From the IMG/VR virus record IMGVR_UViG_3300035498_000778, positions 60,893 through 124,892 of that record: 64,000 bases of DNA; one strand, written 5' to 3'. Below are positions 10,033 through 19,638 of this stretch, one piece after another (position 1 is the first letter of the stretch; each line of letters begins with the position of its first letter). The notes under the pieces were generated by a model. It was not told the DNA's origin and searched no databases. It saw only the letters and a list, made by a program, of their open reading frames with translations. Made by a program: the position numbers and the translations under genes. Source of the DNA: a virus (Duplodnaviria; Caudoviricetes).

Positions 10033-10681
10033 TTATACAAGTAAATATAACGGTTATTTGACAGTAGCTGACTCAAAAGGTGAAGAATATAGGGTATATT
10101 TGGAGACAGATTCTGATGCTATAATTTATAGTAGTACAGAAGAATCCCTTACTGATGTAATTGATGATTTACTATTTAAGTTACAATCAATGACCAACCC
10201 TATAGGAGCACATACAGGAAATACAAATAACCCTCACAAAGTAACAGCAGATCAAGTCGGCGCTGTGTCGTTATACTCTGATCAAGTTGTTGAGGGTAGT
10301 AAGACATTTGTTGGTGATGTGACCATAAATAATCTTATAGCTGAGAATATCTCTGGTAATGGTAGCGGTATAACAAACATACAGGCTAGTAACATAGTCG
10401 GATGGACAGATATGGAAAACAACATTAACATCTTGCTTTCTGCAGTATCGGATGCCGAGGATTCTGCTGCAGGTGATGCTACCGAATATATGGATAATAA
10501 AATATCCGAGTTATATAATGACGTGGATGACAAGATACGGACTGCAAATGACGAATTAGTTGAGCAGATCACATCAACCATCAAGGACCGTGTAATGGCT
10601 GCTCTAGAGTCATACTTCAAACAAGACTACGAAGGAGATAACAATATGATTTTTAGGGAGAACCAAACAGAAAACACATAG
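10025..10681 (+). CDS. Virion/tail-associated protein, paralog of previous gene
   Basis: NNPHKVTADQVGA, DQVVEGSKTF, YEGDNNMIFR. Confidence 0.6.
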   Translation: MSDYTSKYNGYLTVADSKGEEYRVYLETDSDAIIYSSTEESLTDVIDDLLFKLQSMTNPIGAHTGNTNNPHKVTADQVGAVSLYSDQVVEGSKTFVGDVTINNLIAENISGNGSGITNIQASNIVGWTDMENNINILLSAVSDAEDSAAGDATEYMDNKISELYNDVDDKIRTANDELVEQITSTIKDRVMAALESYFKQDYEGDNNMIFRENQTENT

Positions 10682-10704
10682 TTAAAAAATAAGGAGTGAT
10701 TAAT

Positions 10705-11508
10705 ATGGCAGTAAAAACATATTCATACGCAAAGAATAAGAATGATAAGTTGAGCGAGCATTTTTCTGTATGGGAATTTGCTTCATCTGATGGATCAAAG
10801 TTATACACAGACAAGATTTTGATAGACAGCGATCTTGTCACTATGCTTGAAAAGTTATATGCTGCAATGAATTGTAGTAAGATGAATATTAATTCTGGTT
10901 ATCGATGTGCTGAGCACGATAAGGCTGTAGGCGGATCTGGTAGCGGGCAACACGTGAATGGTAAGGCTGCAGATATAAAGTGCTACGATAAGGATGGAAA
11001 TATAATAGACGCTCGATATGTTTGTTGCATGGCAACAGAAGTTGGTTTTAAGGGTGTGGCTAATATAAAGACAAGTCCTCAATACACATCTGTACATGTA
11101 GACACAAGAACAACTAAGTATTATGGTGATGAAAGTATAGTTGATAACTTAAGATGGAATTCTATTTGGTATAGAAATTCTAAGTATACAGATTTTTATG
11201 TTTACTTTAATCTAAACAGGTCTGACGTTCTAAGTAAGTTCAACTATAGTAGTTCTTCTAGTACTAGTAGTACATCTACCACTAGTACAAAAACGACCAC
11301 TGCTACCATAATCAAAAATTCAAGTACTACTAGCACATATAAGTTGAAGATAAAAAGCGGTAAGTGGAATATTAGAAGTGGACCTTCAATGAGTTCATCC
11401 GTAGTTACTACCGTATCAGGTGGTATATCAACAACATATACAAGCAACTCCGATTGGTACTATATTCCTTCTCTAAAGGGTTGGATATCAGCAACCGCTA
11501 AAAAGTAG
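10705..11508 (+). CDS. Peptidase M15 peptidoglycan hydrolase with Ser/Thr linker and SH3b-like domain (lysin)
   Basis: LSEHFSVWEF, INSGYRC..H..VGG...GQH..GKAADI, VHVDTR; C-terminal WNIRSGPS...GWIS. Confidence 0.85.
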   Translation: MAVKTYSYAKNKNDKLSEHFSVWEFASSDGSKLYTDKILIDSDLVTMLEKLYAAMNCSKMNINSGYRCAEHDKAVGGSGSGQHVNGKAADIKCYDKDGNIIDARYVCCMATEVGFKGVANIKTSPQYTSVHVDTRTTKYYGDESIVDNLRWNSIWYRNSKYTDFYVYFNLNRSDVLSKFNYSSSSSTSSTSTTSTKTTTATIIKNSSTTSTYKLKIKSGKWNIRSGPSMSSSVVTTVSGGISTTYTSNSDWYYIPSLKGWISATAKK

Positions 11509-11608
11509 ACAAATTTATGCAAAGGATAATATTATCCTTTGCAGTTTTTATATCCTAAAAACAATTGATTAATTAGATACTTTTACAATTTAAAAGGAGA
11601 TTGATTAT

Positions 11609-13270
11609 ATGGCCAAAAAGAAAATACGCATACAGACAGTAGATGATATTAAGAAAACCAAAGTCAAAATAAAATTCTCGGAGGATTTTCTAAAAGGTCT
11701 GTTAGCAATGTTGGTTCAGGGAAATAAGCTATGCACGCTTAAAAACCTTAATAATATAAAAAGACTTATAAGTATAATTGACGAAAAAGCATATAAAAAA
11801 GATGCAGATGCATGGGCTAGAATAGAAGTAATAGATATATGCGTTAGAGCAATATTAGATGATGGAGTAAACGGACCATTATTAAAAGCCTATGTTAAAG
11901 AAAAATATAATTCACCAGACTTAGTCGAATATTATTTTCAAGAGGCTGAGTCTATGATTATTGGTGATAATGAGGTTAGATTCGTATTGAATACTATGTC
12001 CGATCGTCTTCGTTACGCGTTTGTGTTATCATTAAAAGATGAGATGCAGGATGTGTTGGATGAAATAGAAGATGACAACACAGGAAGTTATGCTGAAAAA
12101 ATGGAAGCACTAACTACAATATCAAACGCTATTAGTATAATAAATCGTGAAGCACAGACTACATTAACAACGGAAAAGATGTTTTCATTAAGATGTGATA
12201 AATTCGATAATGTAATGGACGATATATATGAGAGTATTAATTTCAAAAATAAAGCGTATGTAACAGGAATAAGAAAATTAAATACTCTTTTGGGTGGAGG
12301 ATATTTATCTAAAAGGCTTTATTCATTCATTGCCTTCCCCGGTGGTGGTAAATCGTTACTACTATTAAAATCCGCAATTGATATTAAAAGATACAATCAC
12401 GTAGAACCGGATGATTCCATGAAAACACCTGCAATTCTATTAATAACAATGGAAAATGATATAGATGAGACTGTAGAACGTCTATTCAATATGACGACTA
12501 CGCCTGATGATATCAGAGATTATGATAAAGAAACCATAAAAGATATGATAAGAAACAATGGTGGAATGACAATAAACGATGCGTCTAATATGGATATTTT
12601 AATAAAGTACTACAAAGTAAATGAAATATCTACACAGGATTTATATACCATTATTGATGATCTTTCAAATGATGGTTATGAAATAAAAGTATTAATTCTG
12701 GACTATTTGAAACGAATAAGATGCGCTGAAAGGGTGAATGATGAAAAAACCAAACTAAAAAATGTCACAAACGAGTTAAAAGCGTTAGCTACAGAATTGT
12801 GTATACCAGTAATAACGGCACACCAATTGAACCGTAGCAGTGCATCTATTGTCGATAATGCATTACAGAGTAATAAAATAGATGTTACAAAATTGATTGG
12901 TAGAGACGCTATAGGTGATGCGTGGGAAATAAATGAAAACTGTGATTGGATTTGTGTACTTAATAAAGAAACTAATATGGACGGGGATGAATTTATGTCA
13001 TTTAAGCTACTTAAAAGAAGATATAAATCTCTTGAGCCAAATGTCGCTCTACATGGTATAAATTATTTCTCACATCCGTTCAATAAGGATAACGGTATAC
13101 AGCTAATCGATGATTTACATGAAAAGAGATCATTATCATTATCTACCCTAGGTGGAAATCTTGTAGATGAGACTATAGGAACACGCGGAAGAACGGCGTT
13201 TAGTGACTCCGTTAAATCTGCATTCGCAACTATTGATTTTGATAGGGACCATGATGGTTTACAATTATAA
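11609..13270 (+). CDS. DnaB-like replicative helicase (phiKZ/AR9 type)
   Basis: TGIRKLNTLLGGG, AFPGGGKS, ITMEN, ILDYL, ITAHQLNR. Confidence 0.9.
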   Translation: MAKKKIRIQTVDDIKKTKVKIKFSEDFLKGLLAMLVQGNKLCTLKNLNNIKRLISIIDEKAYKKDADAWARIEVIDICVRAILDDGVNGPLLKAYVKEKYNSPDLVEYYFQEAESMIIGDNEVRFVLNTMSDRLRYAFVLSLKDEMQDVLDEIEDDNTGSYAEKMEALTTISNAISIINREAQTTLTTEKMFSLRCDKFDNVMDDIYESINFKNKAYVTGIRKLNTLLGGGYLSKRLYSFIAFPGGGKSLLLLKSAIDIKRYNHVEPDDSMKTPAILLITMENDIDETVERLFNMTTTPDDIRDYDKETIKDMIRNNGGMTINDASNMDILIKYYKVNEISTQDLYTIIDDLSNDGYEIKVLILDYLKRIRCAERVNDEKTKLKNVTNELKALATELCIPVITAHQLNRSSASIVDNALQSNKIDVTKLIGRDAIGDAWEINENCDWICVLNKETNMDGDEFMSFKLLKRRYKSLEPNVALHGINYFSHPFNKDNGIQLIDDLHEKRSLSLSTLGGNLVDETIGTRGRTAFSDSVKSAFATIDFDRDHDGLQL

Positions 13271-13303
13271 AAAGAAAACAGGTACAATGTTGTACCTGTT
13301 TTC

Positions 13304-14179
13304 TTAACTATTCGATAGCACGTCTAGTAATTCTGTTGGTTTATAAACATTTTGATGAATAGAGCGACCGCTCATCATCATATATGTGAACGCTAATGCT
13401 TGATACACGTACCATGAGTCTGGAGTAGCATCCACTGGTGTAGCTCCTCTTGAATCCAGCCAGCATTCAAAGGATACAGACTTATTATTTTTTATATAGT
13501 CATTCATCTTCTTTAAACTAAACTTCACATATATGTCATCCATAATGAGTAAAATTTTATTATATGGAACGTTCGTACAAAGCATGAACATAGATTTTAG
13601 TAGGTGTATAGCGGTAGATATATGATGGATATATACACCTTTACAATCAACGAGTTTGTCTTCTATTCCATTTGGAAAGTATAAAGACTTAACATCCGAA
13701 ATTACATGGTCATATTTACGACCGTCAAGTGTACCATCATTTATACGTAATATTTCACGCACTCTACCTTTTGCAGCATGTAGTATCATTCGGGTCCTCT
13801 CTTCAGTAGTATCAGTAATAGCTTTTCTATAATTGATAAAATGATCATTCAAAGCGTCAGTTCTAGCGATCACATCATCATAATCCGTTTTTTGTGATAT
13901 GACATATAAAGAAAGAAAGAACCTCATTCGCATAAACATGTCAGCCGGTGATGAAGCTGTTCCATATTGATCGTTTTCCGTTATAGTAACATAATCTTTA
14001 AGTGTATTAATAATATCTTCATTTGCATATTTACTCGCTGTCACAAGAGGAACAGAAAAATCAGCATAATCTTCCCTATAGAATCTGGTTGACTCGTGGA
14101 CATTAGAAATGTTTGTACCATAAAAACCTTCCAACACTCTAATCACTATATCCTGCTTTTTCTTTGTTAACTTTTTCAT
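13304..14179 (-). CDS. Hypothetical protein
   Basis: 291-aa ORF, GGAGGT RBS, late motif at 14247. Confidence 0.65.
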   Translation of the reverse strand: MKKLTKKKQDIVIRVLEGFYGTNISNVHESTRFYREDYADFSVPLVTASKYANEDIINTLKDYVTITENDQYGTASSPADMFMRMRFFLSLYVISQKTDYDDVIARTDALNDHFINYRKAITDTTEERTRMILHAAKGRVREILRINDGTLDGRKYDHVISDVKSLYFPNGIEDKLVDCKGVYIHHISTAIHLLKSMFMLCTNVPYNKILLIMDDIYVKFSLKKMNDYIKNNKSVSFECWLDSRGATPVDATPDSWYVYQALAFTYMMMSGRSIHQNVYKPTELLDVLSNS

Positions 14180-14339
14180 ATTTTATTACCTCCGAAAATA
14201 TATTAAATAGTATTCTAGTCTTAATAGACTACAATTCGAAATCAATTAATAAACTGTTTTTAGATAAAAAATCATTTTATTCAATGCCCAAAACAATTGT
14301 ATAATATCATAAAAATAAAACGTTAAGGAGAGAATAATA

Positions 14340-15380
14340 ATGGATTACATAAACGAATTCGCGGTATTATCGCATAACGATCTAGACGGATATGCCTGCA
14401 GTATATTGGCTAAGTTAGTATTATACTTTAATCCTAGTCTACCAATTTGTAAATATCAGAACGGTGATGATCTTAATAAAAACGTTGGTTACTCTAGCTT
14501 AAGTAAAAGTTTGAGAGAATACGTTGACTACTTATACGGAAGAAGACAGGATCCAAAAATAAAAAACACAATATTATTTGTGACTGATCTTAATATTTCA
14601 GAAGCTGACGTAAATTACATAATTGAAAAGAAGAGTACTGGAATATCAAGAGGTTCAAATAATATAAAAACTGTGATATGCGATCATCATGAGTCATCCA
14701 GATTTTTAATGAGTAGAACTATTGATAACAATATACTTGAATCTAGAATAGTATTAGATCAATTTCCTGAAAAACAAAGTGGAGCGATGATATTTTACAA
14801 TTATCTTATTGAAAATAGTTTGTTACCTGAAAACCAAGTGATTAAGCAATTCATCTATTATGTTTCAATGTATGATACGTGGCAATGGGTTGACAAAGAA
14901 TCGTTTGCAAAAACTTTGAATACATATTTTACGTTGACCGAAAATAATCTCTTTGTCAAAGAGATGTTTGACCTATTGATTAATAATAGCGTGACGGATT
15001 TCAGAACAGAATTCGAGAAAAACGAACGTGCGATGCTAGTGGTGGCAGAACGAGAAAAAGATATTAAAAATACATGCTATCGTAAATGTAACGAAGCTAA
15101 GATATCAATGTTCCATGAATATAAAGTTGCATCTGTCTTTTGTGACAGATATCTTTCAGACATCGGGAATTACATATGCCAGCAGAAACCTGATATAGAT
15201 TTCTGTATGATGTTTACGCCTAATGGTTATACCATATCATTTAGGTCGATCAAGGATGATCTGAATTTAGCACGAATGGCAAGTAGATTATTCCCACAAG
15301 GTGGGGGACATGCTAAGGCTGCTGGCGCCAGATTAACTAGAGAACATTTTATTGAAATGATGTCAAATCATTTATTATAG
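14340..15380 (+). CDS. DHH/DHHA1 phosphoesterase
   Basis: SHNDLDG, VTDL, CDHH, YDTW, SFRS, GGGHAKAAG. Confidence 0.9.
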   Translation: MDYINEFAVLSHNDLDGYACSILAKLVLYFNPSLPICKYQNGDDLNKNVGYSSLSKSLREYVDYLYGRRQDPKIKNTILFVTDLNISEADVNYIIEKKSTGISRGSNNIKTVICDHHESSRFLMSRTIDNNILESRIVLDQFPEKQSGAMIFYNYLIENSLLPENQVIKQFIYYVSMYDTWQWVDKESFAKTLNTYFTLTENNLFVKEMFDLLINNSVTDFRTEFEKNERAMLVVAEREKDIKNTCYRKCNEAKISMFHEYKVASVFCDRYLSDIGNYICQQKPDIDFCMMFTPNGYTISFRSIKDDLNLARMASRLFPQGGGHAKAAGARLTREHFIEMMSNHLL

Positions 15381-15408
15381 CTTATTATAAAAAGGAGGAT
15401 TTATACAT

Positions 15409-16131
15409 ATGAATGCAACCAAGAGACTAAAGATGGAAAAACTTATATATGACGTGTTTGGAGCCTTAGATAAAAGTGGTACGAATGTGAAAAAATATAA
15501 GGATAAATTTAATGCGATGACAGATGTGCAGTTTGAAAAATTCTTCAAATCATTATTTGCAAATGATGATGCCTACTTGACATTAGATATAGTTGAATAT
15601 GATAGACCGTTGAAGCTAGAAGATATTTATGATGCTGCCGATATTTTGGGTATACCCCTATTGGAGAAATTAGTATTCCCACATATGAGCCCAGACCCTA
15701 ATAACCCTATAGTTACTAAAGAACCTGTACCTGTCGGATATTTACATGTTAAGCGTACTCAACAAACAGTTGCTAAGAAGAATGGATTGAGTATTTCTAC
15801 TTCTGAAAGAAGTATGATGACTGGACAACTTACTGGCCATGACAAGAATGGTAGAAATAGTGACCTTGAAGCGTGTGCTGTATTGTCATATGATATGAAG
15901 GAAGTATTACGTGAAATGAATGGAGCTCGATCCGATGATATGCATATGAAGCAACAAATGTTACAAGCTATACAAGAAAAAGGATATTTCTCTTTAGAAG
16001 AACTAGATAGTGACCCAGCAAATAAGACTGCATTAAATACTGTAGATGTATTTTTCACTGGTATGTTAATAAACACAGATTTAGTGACCAAGGGTCTAAT
16101 GAATAAGAAGACTTTAAATGAAGAAAGTTAA
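15409..16131 (+). CDS. RNA polymerase beta subunit C-terminal fragment (likely virion RNAP)
   Basis: PVPVGYLHVKRTQQ, GQLTGHDKNGRNSDLE and LREM..ARSDD match beta C-terminal regions; co-transcribed from the late motif at 14292. Confidence 0.8.
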   Translation: MNATKRLKMEKLIYDVFGALDKSGTNVKKYKDKFNAMTDVQFEKFFKSLFANDDAYLTLDIVEYDRPLKLEDIYDAADILGIPLLEKLVFPHMSPDPNNPIVTKEPVPVGYLHVKRTQQTVAKKNGLSISTSERSMMTGQLTGHDKNGRNSDLEACAVLSYDMKEVLREMNGARSDDMHMKQQMLQAIQEKGYFSLEELDSDPANKTALNTVDVFFTGMLINTDLVTKGLMNKKTLNEES

Positions 16132-16313
16132 TAAAGAATGTGAGCATTAATGCTCACATTCTCGTTTACCGTAACGGCTTACTATTTAATTATATATTAT
16201 AATTGTGAATATAGAAATAAATTGCATCCGTTTCTATGTTCCTCTGGTAACAACAAATACCAATGTTCGTAAGTGATGCATAATATTCTATAGATTCTTA
16301 AGGAGGAATCATT

Positions 16314-16760
16314 ATGTTAAGAACAACCTTAACCAACACTATATCCGCTATTAGCGGAGTAATCTCTAAGGCACATGCCGCTCACCCAATAATCACTGGG
16401 TTAGTATTATCAGGGGCTATCAAAAAAGCTATTAACACTGCCAGCGGAATAATAACCACTGCAGTATTCAAAGTAGCCAAGATAGAAGACAGCCCTATGC
16501 CAACTGGTGCTGCTGATATCAGAAACGCACCATGGAAGGCTTTTGGTAGCAAAAAGCGCATATGCGTTGAGGGTATAGCCTTCGCTCTTAGAGTATTAGT
16601 CATACTTGCATTGGGTACTATTCAGAGCCCAATCGCAGCATCACTCGTGAGATTCCTAAAAATCGACAACGTACTTACGATCATCTCCATCATACTAATA
16701 AGTTGTATGGTATGTGTAATGTACGGTGCTAGATACTCAGAAGTATGTGCTGCACAATAA
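16314..16760 (+). CDS. Early membrane protein
   Basis: Early motif at 16191, AAGGAGG RBS, hydrophobic helices. Confidence 0.65.
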   Translation: MLRTTLTNTISAISGVISKAHAAHPIITGLVLSGAIKKAINTASGIITTAVFKVAKIEDSPMPTGAADIRNAPWKAFGSKKRICVEGIAFALRVLVILALGTIQSPIAASLVRFLKIDNVLTIISIILISCMVCVMYGARYSEVCAAQ

Positions 16761-16861
16761 ACCCACAAAGCAATATTCATCTCACTCAGAGTACAAAACG
16801 TACTCATTCGTAATATTCATCGCATTGGGTTTTAAAGCGAGTATACCTATATTTATAAACA

Positions 16862-16928
16862 AGGTGGATACATAAAACGGAACACTGTATTCATCTAAAT
16901 TCTATGTTCCGATCAGGGTAGGAGGCCC
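16862..16928 (+). ncRNA. Putative cis-acting H-type pseudoknot plus SD hairpin, copy 1
   Basis: Stem 1 16862-72/16886-96, stem 2 CGGAACA 16878-84/TGTTCCG 16905-11, then GGGT-AGGAG-GCCC. Confidence 0.5.
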
Positions 16929-16935
16929 ATGAATT

Positions 16936-17427
16936 ATGAAAAAGATGTTACTAATCGCTACTGGTGTGGCTGCAGTTGCTGCAACAGTTATTGCTTCTAT
17001 GGTAGTTATCAACAAGAAGAAAACACAACAAGTTGATACTATAGACGACGTATTCGAAGATATCGACGAATGCGTAAACTGCGGTGAGGATTGTCCTTGT
17101 TATGATGAGTGCGACTGCGACGTTACTGAGGACAACATGGATGTAGAAGATGATACAACTGAGGATGAAACATCTGAAGAAAATACATCTGAAGATGATA
17201 CAACTGAGGATGAAACATCCGAAGAAAATACATCTGATACATCTGACGATTCCGAGGATACATCTGAAGATAGTTCAATAATACGTGACAAAGACGCTTT
17301 TAAGGAGTTAGTATTATTGGCGTTAAAAGAATTATCTGAAGATGGTTCAATAATACGTGACAAAGACGCTTTTAAGGAGTTACTAGCATTGGTGGCAAAT
17401 GACATAAAGGTAGCCAATAACGAATAA
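16936..17427 (+). CDS. Membrane-anchored acidic Cys-cluster protein, copy 1
   Basis: N-terminal TM, CVNCGEDCPCYDECDC, internal repeats EDDTTEDETSEENTS x2 and SED.SIIRDKDAFKEL x2. Confidence 0.75.
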   Translation: MKKMLLIATGVAAVAATVIASMVVINKKKTQQVDTIDDVFEDIDECVNCGEDCPCYDECDCDVTEDNMDVEDDTTEDETSEENTSEDDTTEDETSEENTSDTSDDSEDTSEDSSIIRDKDAFKELVLLALKELSEDGSIIRDKDAFKELLALVANDIKVANNE

Positions 17428-17449
17428 CAGATGTCAATATTATGGCATC

Positions 17450-17521
17450 CGGAGTGGGTACGTAAACGGAACAACGTATTCACTCTGCATATCTCTATGT
17501 TCCGATCAGGGTAGGAGGCCC
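17450..17521 (+). ncRNA. Putative cis-acting H-type pseudoknot plus SD hairpin, copy 2
   Basis: Stem 1 17450-63/17474-87 with compensatory changes relative to copy 1; stem 2 17467-73/17498-504 identical to copy 1. Confidence 0.5.
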
Positions 17522-17529
17522 ATTGAATT

Positions 17530-18282
17530 ATGAAAAAGATGTTACTAATCACCGCTGGTGTAGCTGCAGTTGCTGCAACAGTTATTGCTTCTATGGTAGA
17601 TATCAACAAGAAGAGAACACAACAAGTTGATACTATAGATGACACATTCGAAGATATCAACGAATGTATAAACTGCGAGGATTGTCCTCATCATGATGAG
17701 TGTGGCGTTATTATTGAGGACAACATGGATGTAGAAGATGATACAACTGAGGATGAAACATCTGAAGAAAATACATCTGATACATCTGAAGACGACACTA
17801 CCGACATCAACGATGACAAGAATACAATCGACGTCAACCGCATTATGCCTAATGACTCTATGGTAACAGATTTTCTCGAAGCAAGAATGAATGCATCATT
17901 ATCCGAGATAGATGTTAACGACTACAATGGAAGAATGAATCACCCAGATGCTCAGGCATATTACAAATACAATAGTTTTGCAAATGCTGTCATCAAGCTT
18001 GCAATCATGCGTCGTCTAGATAACTACATGATATATGCGAATAATGAAAGCTTGCTACATCAAGGACCTACCATTGGTGATATAATAGAAACAGCTGCAA
18101 CTATATTCTACGTATCTGAAGATGGTAAGAATGTAGTGTGTGACCATGATGCCCATGAAAAGTTATTATTATTATACGGAGAGTTCGTAGTAGCTGCTGG
18201 ACATCAAAATGAGGTGGGTAATATTATAGTGACCGGAAAAGCATTCATGGATTGCATAAATACAGTCAATGACATTGAATAA
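17530..18282 (+). CDS. Membrane-anchored acidic Cys-cluster protein, copy 2 (different C-terminal domain)
   Basis: First ~85 codons near-identical to 16936; unrelated C-terminus. Confidence 0.75.
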   Translation: MKKMLLITAGVAAVAATVIASMVDINKKRTQQVDTIDDTFEDINECINCEDCPHHDECGVIIEDNMDVEDDTTEDETSEENTSDTSEDDTTDINDDKNTIDVNRIMPNDSMVTDFLEARMNASLSEIDVNDYNGRMNHPDAQAYYKYNSFANAVIKLAIMRRLDNYMIYANNESLLHQGPTIGDIIETAATIFYVSEDGKNVVCDHDAHEKLLLLYGEFVVAAGHQNEVGNIIVTGKAFMDCINTVNDIE

Positions 18283-18328
18283 TGGTAATTTAAAAAGAGT
18301 TCCATATGGAACTCTTTTTTTTGTGTTA

Positions 18329-19540
18329 TTATTTGCTTTTTTCTTTTAAAAATGCTTTAACTATTGTATTTATTATAAATAGTAATATTGGTGTTATGAA
18401 AAAAATCTCCTCACTATCAGCATTGTATAATATTTGATCTGAAAGTGTTAAATCGATATTATATATGCTGTCAATTTCTTTATTTAGATACTTCCTAATA
18501 AAATCTAAGTAAATATTATCACTCGCTTCATTTTTTCTTATAGTATTAACAAAGTCATGAGAAAATAATTCTCTGGCCGTTTTACTTTTATCACTTATAG
18601 GTAGATCCACAATAAAAACTGCAGGATCATACCATCTGGCAAAACAAGTCTCTTTTCTATACATAGCTGGATATAGTTCATATTTGAATTCTGTCAACAT
18701 TCTATTGTCAAGCTTTTCAAAATACCTATAAAAACTCTTTTCGTATTTCATTTTAGCTCTTGGGTCATTGATTTCAGAAGATAAAGAGATAGTATTGTAG
18801 CTGTTAGTATTCTCCAGTAATTTATGTCTATTTATAAATTCTACCTGTAGGGGATCATACAAAAGTCTACCCTCATTATCATGACCGAGAAAACAATTAT
18901 ATCGTTTATTGTAGTACATATTGATATACATTCCAACTATGTTGTCATACATTAATTTTATCTCTTTGAGCCTCGTTAGATATTCGTCTTTAATTATGCA
19001 GTTGTTCTCACTTCCTATATTCTCCAAAACACATGTAAAACTATCGTTAGTTTTCTGCTCTAAGAATCGGTACATTTCTTCATTGATAAACTCAAGTCTA
19101 TAGCTTATCTTAAAGAAGTTATCAGGTCTAATATCATCAAAATCTATAGCGGTAATTCTAAATAAAAATCTTTTACCAACAACGTCTATTATGAAGAAAT
19201 CATTAGGTAATGGTTTAATAGTATTTGGTAGTATGACCGCATCAGATTCATAAGAAGTATCCAACCCCTGATCCTCTGTTTGTAGGTTTGCTATTACTTG
19301 TTGAACACCATAGATTGGAAAGTTCTCAATCTTTTGATATCTCAATGGGCTTCTTGGACCGAGTAATGATTCAATGTCCTGATAGCCCGCATCCACGGTT
19401 GACTCATTATTAGATATATGAAAATATGTCGTGAATGTGGGCGTTTTATCCAAAAATCTAGTTAATTGAGATTTTATTCTATTCTCGTATATAAAAACAT
19501 TGTTATTAACCATGTTTTGCTCATTTATAAATTGTGCCAT
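18329..19540 (-). CDS. Virion structural protein (phiKZ/AR9-like)
   Basis: SPLRYQKIENFPIYG and ILPNTIKPLPNDFF resemble conserved jumbo-phage structural proteins; late motif at 19571. Confidence 0.6.
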   Translation of the reverse strand: MAQFINEQNMVNNNVFIYENRIKSQLTRFLDKTPTFTTYFHISNNESTVDAGYQDIESLLGPRSPLRYQKIENFPIYGVQQVIANLQTEDQGLDTSYESDAVILPNTIKPLPNDFFIIDVVGKRFLFRITAIDFDDIRPDNFFKISYRLEFINEEMYRFLEQKTNDSFTCVLENIGSENNCIIKDEYLTRLKEIKLMYDNIVGMYINMYYNKRYNCFLGHDNEGRLLYDPLQVEFINRHKLLENTNSYNTISLSSEINDPRAKMKYEKSFYRYFEKLDNRMLTEFKYELYPAMYRKETCFARWYDPAVFIVDLPISDKSKTARELFSHDFVNTIRKNEASDNIYLDFIRKYLNKEIDSIYNIDLTLSDQILYNADSEEIFFITPILLFIINTIVKAFLKEKSK

Positions 19541-19638
19541 ATTAAAATCTCCTTTCATAAGAATTGTACTTATATCTCTGTTCAACTTTAACCCTGAAAC
19601 AATATTATAACTATAACTTAGAAAAGGAGAGGTAATAA

